Of a stretch of 42,134 nucleotides of DNA, positions 16,800 to 25,324 are shown piece after piece. The notes below the pieces were generated by a model. It was given only the letters and a program-made list of their open reading frames with translations. It searched no databases and was not told where the DNA came from. The number at the start of each line of letters is the position of its first letter. The stretch's first letter is position 1. Source of the stretch: a virus (taxonomy: Duplodnaviria; Caudoviricetes); IMG/VR virus record IMGVR_UViG_3300048894_000068, positions 1 to 42,134 of that record; one strand, 5' to 3'. The translations under genes were made by a program, and so were the position numbers.

Positions 16800-17003
16800 T
16801 TAGGCGCCCTCTCGCTGCGGCTCGGCGCCATTGGCCCCGCCGGGGATACGCATCACATCGGCGTCGTGCGCCAAGCACTGCTGCTGGATCGCGACGAAAA
16901 TCGGCGCCACCACGCGATACGGCGCATGGCTCAACGCCTCAAGCACGACGCCCCATTGCTGCACGCTCATGCTGACGGCGATCGGCGTGTTGGGGTCGAT
17001 CAT
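16800..17003 (-). CDS. Small helical protein, possible tail-fibre chaperone, 67 aa
   Basis: ATGA-coupled; LEALSHAPYRVVAPIFVAIQQQ pattern common next to fibre genes. Confidence 0.55.
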   Translation of the reverse strand: MIDPNTPIAVSMSVQQWGVVLEALSHAPYRVVAPIFVAIQQQCLAHDADVMRIPGGANGAEPQREGA

Positions 17004-18808
17004 ATCGTCAGCGTCTCCACGAATGGCCACGCCCAGCACTCGATCGTTTTGGCAACGCCGTTCCAGCCATTCGGGTAGAGCACGCTGGGTGGCCCGCGCA
17101 TCACGAGGTTGCCGCCGACGCCGGATGAAATGCCGGGATTGGGTCCGCCCGGCCCGTACCAGGCGTAGGACACTTCAAGCGTGTCCCCGACGCTGATCGT
17201 CTCGGCGATCGTCAGCAACACGTTCATGCCGCTAATCGCCGGCGTCACCGTCAGGTCCGTGCTCCCGCGCTTCACATGAAACCCATTCTGCGGCCACGTC
17301 TTGATGCCGTCATCGGCGTTGCTCTGGAATGACATGACACCCGCCGCGAAATCCGGCCCTGTCGGTCGCGCGAACGGCACGGTTATGACCTGACCCGCAA
17401 CGGTGATCGCGCCTCCCGTCAGCGGTCGCCAGAGCGGCGTCCACTGCACGCCCTTGTCCTGCACGCACCAGCGCGCATATCCCTCGATCTCGCCCCAGCG
17501 CGACGAGCCGTAGTCACCCGTGTGGATGTTGTCGCCGCCATTGAACTGGTACGGATAGCTCGGCCCTGTCGCGAAGACGCGGCCCGAGTAGGTGCCGCCC
17601 ATCCCCGGCGCATGAGTGCGGCAGAATGTGTAGGTGCCCTGGTTGGTGTCACTGGCCGTCGTGGCCGTCGAGATCGCCGCCGGCAGTCCGTAATAGAACT
17701 TCAATGGCGTTGGGTTCAGGTTCAGCGCATCGAACTGCACCGTCATGTCGGCAAGGTCAGCCACCTTGCCGGCGTTGGTGTTGTCCACCGAGCCACCCTG
17801 CGTATAGCCAACCGACGAAACCAGCATGTTGGTATAGTTGATGGTCGGGAAGGCACCCCTGCCGGGCGGGATGGCGTTCAAGATCGCCACCATATTGGTC
17901 CAGCTCACGCCCTGGCCGAGCATGGCACGCGAAGTCACGGTCTGCGGCAAACCGAGCAGGTAAGTCCCGAGGCCACCCGACACGCCGGAAAGCTGCTGCT
18001 GGATAATGGAGCCGACAGGCAGCACGCCACCCGAGATGACCTGATTAACCGCCAGCGACCCGGAGGCAATCGCGGTCACCGTCAGCACGCCCTGGTTCGC
18101 TGACGCCGTAAAACTCGCGGCTGGGCTGGTGCCGGTAAAGGTTGTCGCAATCGAGGTGAAGGTCAGCGCAAGCTGGTAGGTGCCAACACCACCGGGCGTG
18201 AGTTGCTGCACGCCAAGGTCGTCGGGATTGTCCGCACGCAGATGCTCCGGCAACTCGGCATCGGCAGCCAGGGTAAGATTGGCATACACCCGCGTCTGTG
18301 CGTTCACCCCTGCCGCGACAATCGGCTGACCGCCTGCGACATATCCCGAGGTCAGGCTCTCCACGGTCAGTGTCAATCCAGAGATCGAGCCGACGAACGA
18401 CGATCCAGGCGCCAGACCGCCACCGCCGCCGCTATGCCATGTGCTGCCAGGATAGGCGGTGCAAAACTCCAACACCTGCGGCGGTGACTGTCCGTCGCGG
18501 ATGCGCAGAAGCTGCTGGGTCAGGATCGCGCAGCGCCCGACCATAAAATAATCGTTGCCCTTGTAGTTGGTCGTGCCGGTCGGCAGTCCGGACAGACTGA
18601 TACCAGCGCTGCCAGGCATCGGACCTGGCCCGAGGAACGCGCCAAGACTGGCAACCAGCAACGCTGTCGGCCCGTTCGGGTTGAGACCGAAGCTGTTGAA
18701 GTCGAGGAACCCATTAGAGCGCCACGACTGGCCGTAGCTGATATGCGCGTCGATCTGCACCGCTGGCGGGCTGACAACGGCCACAGCGTTTTGCGGGAGG
18801 CTCAACAT
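17000..18808 (-). CDS. Tail-associated SGNH/sialate O-acetylesterase-like protein with inserted beta repeats
   Basis: GQS (HISYGQSW), YTQG and DxxH (DNIH) blocks; two SF.gS...LTV....SG...GQ...GG.GTY repeats. Confidence 0.6.
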   Translation of the reverse strand: MLSLPQNAVAVVSPPAVQIDAHISYGQSWRSNGFLDFNSFGLNPNGPTALLVASLGAFLGPGPMPGSAGISLSGLPTGTTNYKGNDYFMVGRCAILTQQLLRIRDGQSPPQVLEFCTAYPGSTWHSGGGGGLAPGSSFVGSISGLTLTVESLTSGYVAGGQPIVAAGVNAQTRVYANLTLAADAELPEHLRADNPDDLGVQQLTPGGVGTYQLALTFTSIATTFTGTSPAASFTASANQGVLTVTAIASGSLAVNQVISGGVLPVGSIIQQQLSGVSGGLGTYLLGLPQTVTSRAMLGQGVSWTNMVAILNAIPPGRGAFPTINYTNMLVSSVGYTQGGSVDNTNAGKVADLADMTVQFDALNLNPTPLKFYYGLPAAISTATTASDTNQGTYTFCRTHAPGMGGTYSGRVFATGPSYPYQFNGGDNIHTGDYGSSRWGEIEGYARWCVQDKGVQWTPLWRPLTGGAITVAGQVITVPFARPTGPDFAAGVMSFQSNADDGIKTWPQNGFHVKRGSTDLTVTPAISGMNVLLTIAETISVGDTLEVSYAWYGPGGPNPGISSGVGGNLVMRGPPSVLYPNGWNGVAKTIECWAWPFVETLTI

Positions 18809-19833
18809 CAGAAGCGGAACCGCACCATGCCGGGGGCACCATTGCCGCCGGGTTGATTGTATCCGCCGCCACCGCCCGCGCTGCCGTAATCGGAAGCGAC
18901 CGCGCCAGGCGACGACGAAGCCCCACCGTTGCCGCCACGTCCTCCGGCGCCAAACGGACCGCGCGAGCCGCCACCGCCAGCGCCGTTGCCAGTGCCACTA
19001 GCGCTAGCCCCAAACGGACCGAAACCGGTGTTGCCACCAAGCCCGGAAGCCCCGGCCGTGCTGCCGCCGCCGCCTCCACCACCGCCGCCCAACCAATGGA
19101 CGGAAAGCCCGGCTAATGAACTCCCGCCAGTAACACCCGCCGCACCGCCAGCACCCTGTCCAGCCGGCGCGCCACTACCGCCGGTTCCGCCCACACCAGC
19201 AGCGCCGGGGTTGCCTCCGTTGCCGCCGCCTGGTTGGAATATTGTTCCGGTGCCGGCGGAAAAGAATGACGCTGTTCCGGCACCGCCCACGCTGCCGATC
19301 GCACCGCCCGCCCCTGGCTGGCCAGGTGTCACCGTGACGGACGTGCCGGGAGGAATGATGTAGGGCCAATCCATAAGATTGGCCCCGGAACCGCCACCGC
19401 CACCGCCGGCCGTGGACGCGGCGGCCTGGCCGCCACCGCCGCCGCCACCACCGCCGCAGCAATCAACGATGACCAGGCTGACGCCGAGCGGCGGCGTCCA
19501 TGTGTAGTTGGACACGCTAGCAACCGGCACGGCGAAGCCTGTGCCAGCGCCAAGTCGCGCATCGGTCGCGGTCAGCACGTCGGTGACGACATAGCCGATG
19601 GCACCAGATGGGGTGAGGGGCGCCCCGGGGTTGGTCAGCGTTACCGTGGTAACCGCACCGCCAGCAACAACCAGCGTGGCCATCGCACCGCTGCCGGTGC
19701 CGCCGGTCAGTGGGACGTTGGCGAAGGTGCCGTTGGTATATCCACTGCCACCAACAACCGTGCCGAGCGTGGCAACCGGGCCGCCGACGAACTGGACGTA
19801 AGACGGAAGGTGCGGCGGATATGCGACGGGCAT
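18808..19833 (-). CDS. Glycine-rich tail fibre/adhesin
   Basis: GGSGYTNGT...GGTGSGA N-terminal domain; WTPP.GV..VIVDCCGGGGGGG ... GGNGAPGMVRF Gly-rich domain. Confidence 0.75.
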   Translation of the reverse strand: MPVAYPPHLPSYVQFVGGPVATLGTVVGGSGYTNGTFANVPLTGGTGSGAMATLVVAGGAVTTVTLTNPGAPLTPSGAIGYVVTDVLTATDARLGAGTGFAVPVASVSNYTWTPPLGVSLVIVDCCGGGGGGGGGQAAASTAGGGGGGSGANLMDWPYIIPPGTSVTVTPGQPGAGGAIGSVGGAGTASFFSAGTGTIFQPGGGNGGNPGAAGVGGTGGSGAPAGQGAGGAAGVTGGSSLAGLSVHWLGGGGGGGGGSTAGASGLGGNTGFGPFGASASGTGNGAGGGGSRGPFGAGGRGGNGGASSSPGAVASDYGSAGGGGGYNQPGGNGAPGMVRFRF

Positions 19834-19836
19834 CCG

Positions 19837-20259
19837 TCACCATTCCTTCGCGACAAAGGCAGCGCCGGTCACCGCGCAGAACAACGAGATCGTCGCCACC
19901 GAAGCGCCGCCGGACTCGCTCTCGTAGTAAGCGCCCGCCGGCAGGTACGTGGCGTTGTTCGCTGTCGCGCTGGCAGCACTGCCGAGGTCGTTGAAATACA
20001 TATCGGCGGTGGATTTGTTCTGGAACGACCACCCTTTGCGTGCGCTATTCGCTGCCATGAGTTGCTGTGCCTGGCCGCCGAGCGCGATGACACCGGAGCG
20101 GTCGGTCTTGGTAACGCCGCCGCTGCCGGATCCTGCTGCCGGAACCGCCGCGTCGAGGATGTCAGCGTTGGTATTCAGATGCGCTCCCCACTGATCGTCA
20201 TCAGCGTTCGGCGTTGGCTTAATGAGCCCCAGGTTGGGCGTGGTGGTGTAATCGCTCAT
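19837..20259 (-). CDS. Short tail fibre/adaptor with N-terminal anchor, 140 aa
   Basis: TTTPNLGLIKP...WGAHLNTNADILD anchor, paralogous to the N-terminus of 15924..16781. Confidence 0.7.
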   Translation of the reverse strand: MSDYTTTPNLGLIKPTPNADDDQWGAHLNTNADILDAAVPAAGSGSGGVTKTDRSGVIALGGQAQQLMAANSARKGWSFQNKSTADMYFNDLGSAASATANNATYLPAGAYYESESGGASVATISLFCAVTGAAFVAKEW

Positions 20260-20486
20260 GCCGCCAACTCCAGTTGGTCGTTGGGTGGCTGCGTTGGCAG
20301 CGAGGTCAGCGTCCATGTGCCAGCGCTGCACATCTGCGTCGGCTGCTGCCAGGTGCGGATCAGCGTTGCCGCTTCGGCGCCGAACGCGACCTGGGAGAGG
20401 CCGCCGATCTCGTAGGTGCTGTTACTGTTGACGCCGTACGGGCCAGCGCCATACGGGCCGCGACCATAGGGGCGTGGCGTTGCCAT
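20256..20486 (-). CDS. 76-aa tail protein with YG triplet (PYGRGPYGAGPYG)
   Basis: TGATG coupling to the upstream gene and ATGA to the downstream gene. Confidence 0.6.
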   Translation of the reverse strand: MATPRPYGRGPYGAGPYGVNSNSTYEIGGLSQVAFGAEAATLIRTWQQPTQMCSAGTWTLTSLPTQPPNDQLELAA

Positions 20487-22078
20487 CAGGGTGCGACGCT
20501 CGGGGTGACGGTGCCGGCGCAGCGCATGTTGCCGGAGGCGTCCACGCTCCATTTCGCGACGCCGGAGACGTAATAGATCAGCTTGCTGGTGGCGCTGTCG
20601 TAGCGGAGATACGCGCCCGGCGCGCTGTTCAGCGCGGGGCCTCCGTTAAAATCCACGATGTGGCCTGCGCTCATCCGCACCGCCGCTACGGGATCGGTCA
20701 CACCGGGCGGTGGCGCGGCACCACGGCTATCGAGGAAGTTGCGGATCAGCGTTGGTTGCCCAGCACCGCCCTGCACGCACAGCAGACTGTCCACGTAGGC
20801 CGACGCCGTGCCGTTGATCCCGGTGCCGAACCAGATGCCGGCGGTGTATTCGCTGTTGATCGTGCTCGACATATTCGCGAACACGGCATGCACCATCTGG
20901 CGAATACCGATGCCGCCAAACCGGCCATTGTTCAGCCCATCGTCGATGCCGGTTGCGTTCAGATCCCATTCCATGCCGGTAAGCTGGCCGGAAGTTGACG
21001 ACGGTGTGCCCTGGAAATCCGCAACGTCGGTGATCAGTCCGGTGGTCAGCCCAGTGCCAGCATTGCGCCACGCCTGGATGTAGGCGCTGACCAACTGACC
21101 GCCCGATGTGCTGCTGTTCATGGCTTTGACCAGGAACGGCCATTCCTGGCAGCCATTGCCTGCGGTATTGCCGAACTCGACCTGTAGCGTCTTGTTGATG
21201 TTAGACGGCGTGCCGCCTGTGAATGTGGTTGCGCGTCGGAACCGGAAGTCACCACCATCCGTTGCCGCAAACGCATTGCGCTGGAATATGAGTTCCGCCG
21301 GCGGCTTAAGTGCGGAGATGCCGCCCTGCGACACGATAGGACCAGGGATATTGCCGATGGCATAACCAACGTTAGCGAGCGGCACGAACCCGTCAGCATA
21401 GGCTTTAGTGGCAGCGTGCAGCGCCGCGGTTGGCGGCCCGGAGAGCGACAGCGGCCCTGTCATGACGCCGCCGCTGATTGGCAGGTAGCCGGGACCACCG
21501 CCCGAGCCGCCGCTGGTGCGTGCGTCAACGTAGCTTTTGGTGGCCATTTGCAGCAGATCGGTAGGATCCCCGGCCGCATAGACCGGCCCGGTGAGTTGCC
21601 CGCCGCTCAACGGTAGATATGGCCCACCAATCGGCGGCGCGCTGTCGGAGCTCGGGCCGGCCTGAACCGCCAGCGTGCCGACAGAGAACCGCACGATATC
21701 CCCAGCCGAGACGCTCAAGGTCAGCGGCGTGATACCATCAGCCGGATCGATCAACGGTCCCCAGTAGAGCCGATTTCCCCCGGCCTGGGCGTCCCACAGC
21801 TCGAAATATCCGACATCACCCCAGCGGCTCGCCGCCTGGGGAAATTCGATCGAGGCGATGTTGATCGCCAGATCCGTGCGGCCGCCGGCCAGTGAAAAGC
21901 TCGCCGGTTGACGCACATAGCCCGAGCCGCCCGCGGCCACCTCGGCGCCCGGGGTGGTGGCGGTGGGCGCCGATAAGGTGAGCGCCACATAGGCGTTGAC
22001 CGGGGCGGTATAGGGGCCAAACGCCAGGGTGTGCGACAGCATCCGCGGCCGCAGGTAATCGGTGGCGGATCCGGCCAC
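20486..22078 (-). CDS. Tail fibre/spike protein, 530 aa
   Basis: N-terminal YVAL...GAEV..GSGYVRQ domain; two YLPxSGGxxTGP...ATKxYxD repeats; beta-rich C-terminus; GTG start. Confidence 0.75.
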   Translation of the reverse strand: MAGSATDYLRPRMLSHTLAFGPYTAPVNAYVALTLSAPTATTPGAEVAAGGSGYVRQPASFSLAGGRTDLAINIASIEFPQAASRWGDVGYFELWDAQAGGNRLYWGPLIDPADGITPLTLSVSAGDIVRFSVGTLAVQAGPSSDSAPPIGGPYLPLSGGQLTGPVYAAGDPTDLLQMATKSYVDARTSGGSGGGPGYLPISGGVMTGPLSLSGPPTAALHAATKAYADGFVPLANVGYAIGNIPGPIVSQGGISALKPPAELIFQRNAFAATDGGDFRFRRATTFTGGTPSNINKTLQVEFGNTAGNGCQEWPFLVKAMNSSTSGGQLVSAYIQAWRNAGTGLTTGLITDVADFQGTPSSTSGQLTGMEWDLNATGIDDGLNNGRFGGIGIRQMVHAVFANMSSTINSEYTAGIWFGTGINGTASAYVDSLLCVQGGAGQPTLIRNFLDSRGAAPPPGVTDPVAAVRMSAGHIVDFNGGPALNSAPGAYLRYDSATSKLIYYVSGVAKWSVDASGNMRCAGTVTPSVAP

Positions 22079-22079
22079 G

Positions 22080-22715
22080 TCAGAAGCCTCGCACCACGGC
22101 GCGCAGCGGCGCGCCTGAGTAATCCGCCTCGGCCTTCCAGCGGTTCGCCGCGAGCAACGCATCGCTGAATTTCGCGTCGGCCTGCGTCGCGCGATCGTCG
22201 TCGAGCTCGTATTCCGCGCCGTAGCGCAGGCAACCGAACAGATAGACTCCGTAATGCAGCTCGAGCACCGCGTTGCTGTCCTGCGGATCGCGCAGCGGTT
22301 TCGGCCTGGCATACCAGGCCATTTCGACGATCTGCGGCTGCCACGCAGGATCCGCCGGGATCACCGGGTGCGGCAGGAACTCGATGCAGCTTCCGACGAA
22401 GCGATAGGCCCAGGACGGATGCACCGCACACTGACAGGCCGGGCCGCCGGCGAGCGGCCCGGTGAAGTGATCCTCGAGCGACAGCAGATGGCCGCAGCCG
22501 AGGAAGCGGATCGACTCAGCCTCGACCCAGTCGCTGGGCAGCGTGATCAACGGCGCGTCGATCGCCTGGTCGGATCGCGCCACCATGCAGCGCGCGCGCA
22601 GCGCCGCGGCGATGTCGGTTTCCGTCATGCGCAGCCAAGTCGGAAACCGCGCATCGATGTCGCGCCGGTTCAGCCAGCCGGCGACGTCGGCCTGCAGATC
22701 GGCGAGGCTCGCCAT
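22080..22715 (-). CDS. Head-tail adaptor protein
   Basis: LQADVAGWLNRRD...LR.R.M...LPSDW...YLFGCL pattern of podovirus adaptors; position. Confidence 0.75.
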   Translation of the reverse strand: MASLADLQADVAGWLNRRDIDARFPTWLRMTETDIAAALRARCMVARSDQAIDAPLITLPSDWVEAESIRFLGCGHLLSLEDHFTGPLAGGPACQCAVHPSWAYRFVGSCIEFLPHPVIPADPAWQPQIVEMAWYARPKPLRDPQDSNAVLELHYGVYLFGCLRYGAEYELDDDRATQADAKFSDALLAANRWKAEADYSGAPLRAVVRGF

Positions 22716-22718
22716 CGA

Positions 22719-23057
22719 TCAGTCGGTCAGCGTCGGCGCGGGCGGCGGTGGCGGCACCACATCGGACACCGGCATGTACGCGCCCGCCGAGCCGGTGGCA
22801 TTGTTGCGCAGCGGCGGCGAGGTCGGGTCGTCGACATTGGCGACCTGCATCACCGGCATCGGCGGCGGCTCGGTGGCGGCCGCCATTTCCGCCATTTGCT
22901 CGGCGACCGCACGCTCGTTTTTGAGGATGTAGATCGGCATGATGCCGACCGGGTAGTGCCGCGGCTCCGGCGGCGGCGGATGCGGTGCGGCCTCGGTGCC
23001 GTAGGGCGCCGCCGCCATCTGGCGGTTGGTCGGTTTGTCATCGTGCTTGTGGGCCAT
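22719..23057 (-). CDS. Pro-rich hypothetical protein, 112 aa
   Basis: AGGAG RBS; tiles between neighbours. Confidence 0.6.
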   Translation of the reverse strand: MAHKHDDKPTNRQMAAAPYGTEAAPHPPPPEPRHYPVGIMPIYILKNERAVAEQMAEMAAATEPPPMPVMQVANVDDPTSPPLRNNATGSAGAYMPVSDVVPPPPPAPTLTD

Positions 23058-23065
23058 GTGAGCTC

Positions 23066-23386
23066 CTATGCGAGGGGACGTCCGTCATCGGTGCGGAAGA
23101 ACCGCGCGTCGCGGCGCGACAGCCATTTCATCAGCGCCTTGCGGTCCTGGGTGATGCCCATGCGGTGCAGTTGCCAGTAGATGACGTTGGGAATTGACGC
23201 GACCATGCGGCCGCGGCCGCGCGCCGCCTGGCGGTCGAACAGGTTGGCGAGGCGCTTGTTCGCATCGACGATCGCGTCGGTCTTTTGCCGGCTGATGATC
23301 AGCGGCCGACCCGTCTCGCTGTCGCGCGTGAGACAGGTCATCTGCTGGGTGGCGTGATCGAGGCGTACGTAGATGGGATGTGTCAT
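23066..23386 (-). CDS. Conserved capsid-adjacent hypothetical protein, 106 aa
   Basis: Q...I...NK...VASIP..IY.......KWL.....FRT pattern often found after this capsid type. Confidence 0.65.
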   Translation of the reverse strand: MTHPIYVRLDHATQQMTCLTRDSETGRPLIISRQKTDAIVDANKRLANLFDRQAARGRGRMVASIPNVIYWQLHRMGITQDRKALMKWLSRRDARFFRTDDGRPLA

Positions 23387-23395
23387 AAGCAGAAC

Positions 23396-23421
23396 GGCAC
23401 GGTGCTGTCCGGCACCATGCC
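23396..23421 (+). promoter_or_regulatory. Hairpin upstream of the HNH gene (GGCACGGTGC-N6-GCACCATGCC)
   Basis: 10-bp stem with one mismatch, ahead of the GGGAGG RBS. Confidence 0.4.
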
Positions 23422-23454
23422 GCCCCTGACCACTGGACCTTGAGGGAGGCCACA

Positions 23455-24009
23455 ATGGCTGCCAACAAACTGCCCGATATCCGTTTCGTCCGCGAGTGCC
23501 TGGATTACGATCCGGACACCGGGCTGCTCATCTGGCGCGAGCGGCCGCTGCACCATTTTTCCAACGCCGCAAGCCAGAAACGCATGAACGCCTGCTACAC
23601 TGGCAAGGTCGCCGGCGCCGAGCATGTAGCGGGCAGACGAGGCGAGCGTAGCTACTGGGGCGTCCGTCTTGCCGGGGTGTTCTATCCGGCCCACCGGCTC
23701 GCCTGGTTGCTGTTCCATGGAACAGACCCCGAAGCACTCGAGGTTGACCACATCAACGGCAACCCCCTGGACAACACCATCGCCAATCTGCGCGTGGCCA
23801 CGCGCAGCGAGAACGCCTTGAACGGCCGGGCGCACGCCGACAGCCAAACCCGCGTCAAGGGTGTCCAGCGGAACGGTAGCGGCTATGCGGCGCGGATTAT
23901 GCTTCAAGGTAAGTCCTATTATCTCGGCACTTGGCCGAGCGTGTCCGAGGCCGCAACGGCGCGGCAAGCGGAGTTGAAGCGACTAGGCATCTTCCGACGA
24001 AGCGAATAA
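23455..24009 (+). CDS. HNH homing endonuclease with AP2-like C-terminal domain
   Basis: LDYDPDTG, AHRLAW, VDHINGNPLDNTIANLR, KGV...YAARI...YLG; opposite strand to the operon. Confidence 0.92.
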   Translation: MAANKLPDIRFVRECLDYDPDTGLLIWRERPLHHFSNAASQKRMNACYTGKVAGAEHVAGRRGERSYWGVRLAGVFYPAHRLAWLLFHGTDPEALEVDHINGNPLDNTIANLRVATRSENALNGRAHADSQTRVKGVQRNGSGYAARIMLQGKSYYLGTWPSVSEAATARQAELKRLGIFRRSE

Positions 24010-24019
24010 AGCATTGGTA

Positions 24020-25000
24020 TCATTGGTTTAAATCCCACACACAGGCATGCGCCTTCGGCGCGGTCGGGCGTAGCGTGCCTTCCCACACAATACCTCCCTG
24101 GGTATTATCCCCGGTCTTGGCATAGCTCTCCTCGATCATGTCGCGCGAGGGCAGCGGCGCCAGTTCGAGATAGTCGGGATCCACCAGCTCGAGCACATGC
24201 GCCGGCATGTAGCGATCCGGCACGAGGTCGATCGGCCCGAAATCCGACAGGAACACGCCGACGGCGCCGACGATGGTGATCGGCTGCGGCGAAGTTGCCT
24301 GCACCACATTTTGAGCCACAGTCGGGTTCGACGCCCCGCCCTGCGCCATGTTGGAGAACCAGCGTTTGATGCTGGCCGACATAATCGCGGTGCGCGGCTT
24401 GCCGCCGGAATTCCACGACGCCTGGATCGCGTCCTCGACCATATTGAGGGTGAGATCGCGCAGCGTTCCGGCGGTGTGGCCGTTGGTGCCGTCGCCGGTC
24501 GGGAAGGCACCGGTGCCGGCGCCGACCGAGCCATTGGAACACCATGTCTGGAAGCCGGCCAGCACGCGTGGATCGGCAATAGATTTCACGGTTTCGCCAG
24601 TAATGGTCAGCTCAAGATCGCGCCGCAATTCCATGCCGCGCGCGACGAGCTGCCGATTATATTCCTCGTCCCCAACCTGGTCGACGACCCTCAATGTGTC
24701 CGAAACAGCCACCGTGCGAGCCAAAATCTGGCAGCAATTTCCGAGCCTTACGGGCTTTTTGGCGGGCGACATCGCGGCGGTGAAGCCCTCGGGTTGCGGC
24801 ACGTTAGCGGCAGGATATAATTCCTGAACCAGCCACTCGGTGTTAACTTGCTCCGCTCCAGAAACGGAACACAGAGATACCATGGGTGTATCGGCTTTGT
24901 CGATCTGGTATATTACGTCCGCGAGATCTTCTCTGACGTTCGGCGCGGTCGTTTCGATGTACGTATTCGTCGGCGCAGCCGACATAGTGGGCAATGCCAT
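24020..25000 (-). CDS. Major capsid protein (DUF5309/SU10-like)
   Basis: REDLADVIYQI...TP...EW; RLGNCCQI...V.VS.T; ELRRDLE; SDFG; AKTGD...E.TL; follows the scaffold. Confidence 0.9.
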   Translation of the reverse strand: MALPTMSAAPTNTYIETTAPNVREDLADVIYQIDKADTPMVSLCSVSGAEQVNTEWLVQELYPAANVPQPEGFTAAMSPAKKPVRLGNCCQILARTVAVSDTLRVVDQVGDEEYNRQLVARGMELRRDLELTITGETVKSIADPRVLAGFQTWCSNGSVGAGTGAFPTGDGTNGHTAGTLRDLTLNMVEDAIQASWNSGGKPRTAIMSASIKRWFSNMAQGGASNPTVAQNVVQATSPQPITIVGAVGVFLSDFGPIDLVPDRYMPAHVLELVDPDYLELAPLPSRDMIEESYAKTGDNTQGGIVWEGTLRPTAPKAHACVWDLNQ

Positions 25001-25277
25001 CGCGTGACTCCATCGCAGGCGCGCCTCGGGCGCGCGGTTGTTCCGATTGGGGTCGCGATGGAGACTCCGGAATGATGTGGCGCAATCGGTGGGTGACCTG
25101 GCAGCGCCAGGACTCCGACCCGCATGACATCACCCGCGGTTGGTCACTCCGTCGTCGGTGGGCACGACCGCGCCGCGCTGCTGGGTCACAAGGGACTGCG
25201 CGCGACGACTGCGACCGGCATTGCTGGGTGACGACCCCCTGTGGAGGGAAGAGTCGGGACTGCCATGGCCGGCCGCA
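25001..25277 (-). ncRNA. Structured 5' leader of the capsid gene (repeated-motif hairpins plus RBS pseudoknot)
   Basis: Hairpins at 25210-25277, 25174-25204, 25086-25118 and 25041-25072 share AGU...ACCC(A); 9-bp pairing 25055-25063 with 25008-25016 covers the GGAG. Confidence 0.6.
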
Positions 25278-25282
25278 CCGGC

Positions 25283-25311
25283 ATCTGAACGGGCGCAGCC
25301 GCCGCTGTCAA
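25283..25311 (-). promoter_or_regulatory. Candidate promoter for the capsid leader (TTGACA-N17-TCAGAT)
   Basis: Perfect -35, weak -10; predicted start coincides with the first hairpin (~25277). Confidence 0.45.
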
Positions 25312-25324
25312 GAGTGTCGTGAGG

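Noticed and set aside
15924-22078. Diversity-generating retroelement acting on tail fibres
   Set aside because: No reverse transcriptase and no template/variable repeat pair seen
24026-24032. In-frame slippery heptamer T TTA AAC at the end of the capsid gene
   Set aside because: The -1 frame runs only about 37 codons, antisense to the HNH gene, with no recognisable domain; the local AT-rich recoding explains it
25001-25277. Known self-cleaving ribozyme or tRNA in the capsid leader
   Set aside because: No hammerhead CUGAnGA/GAAA core, HDV-like topology or tRNA T-loop could be fitted by eye
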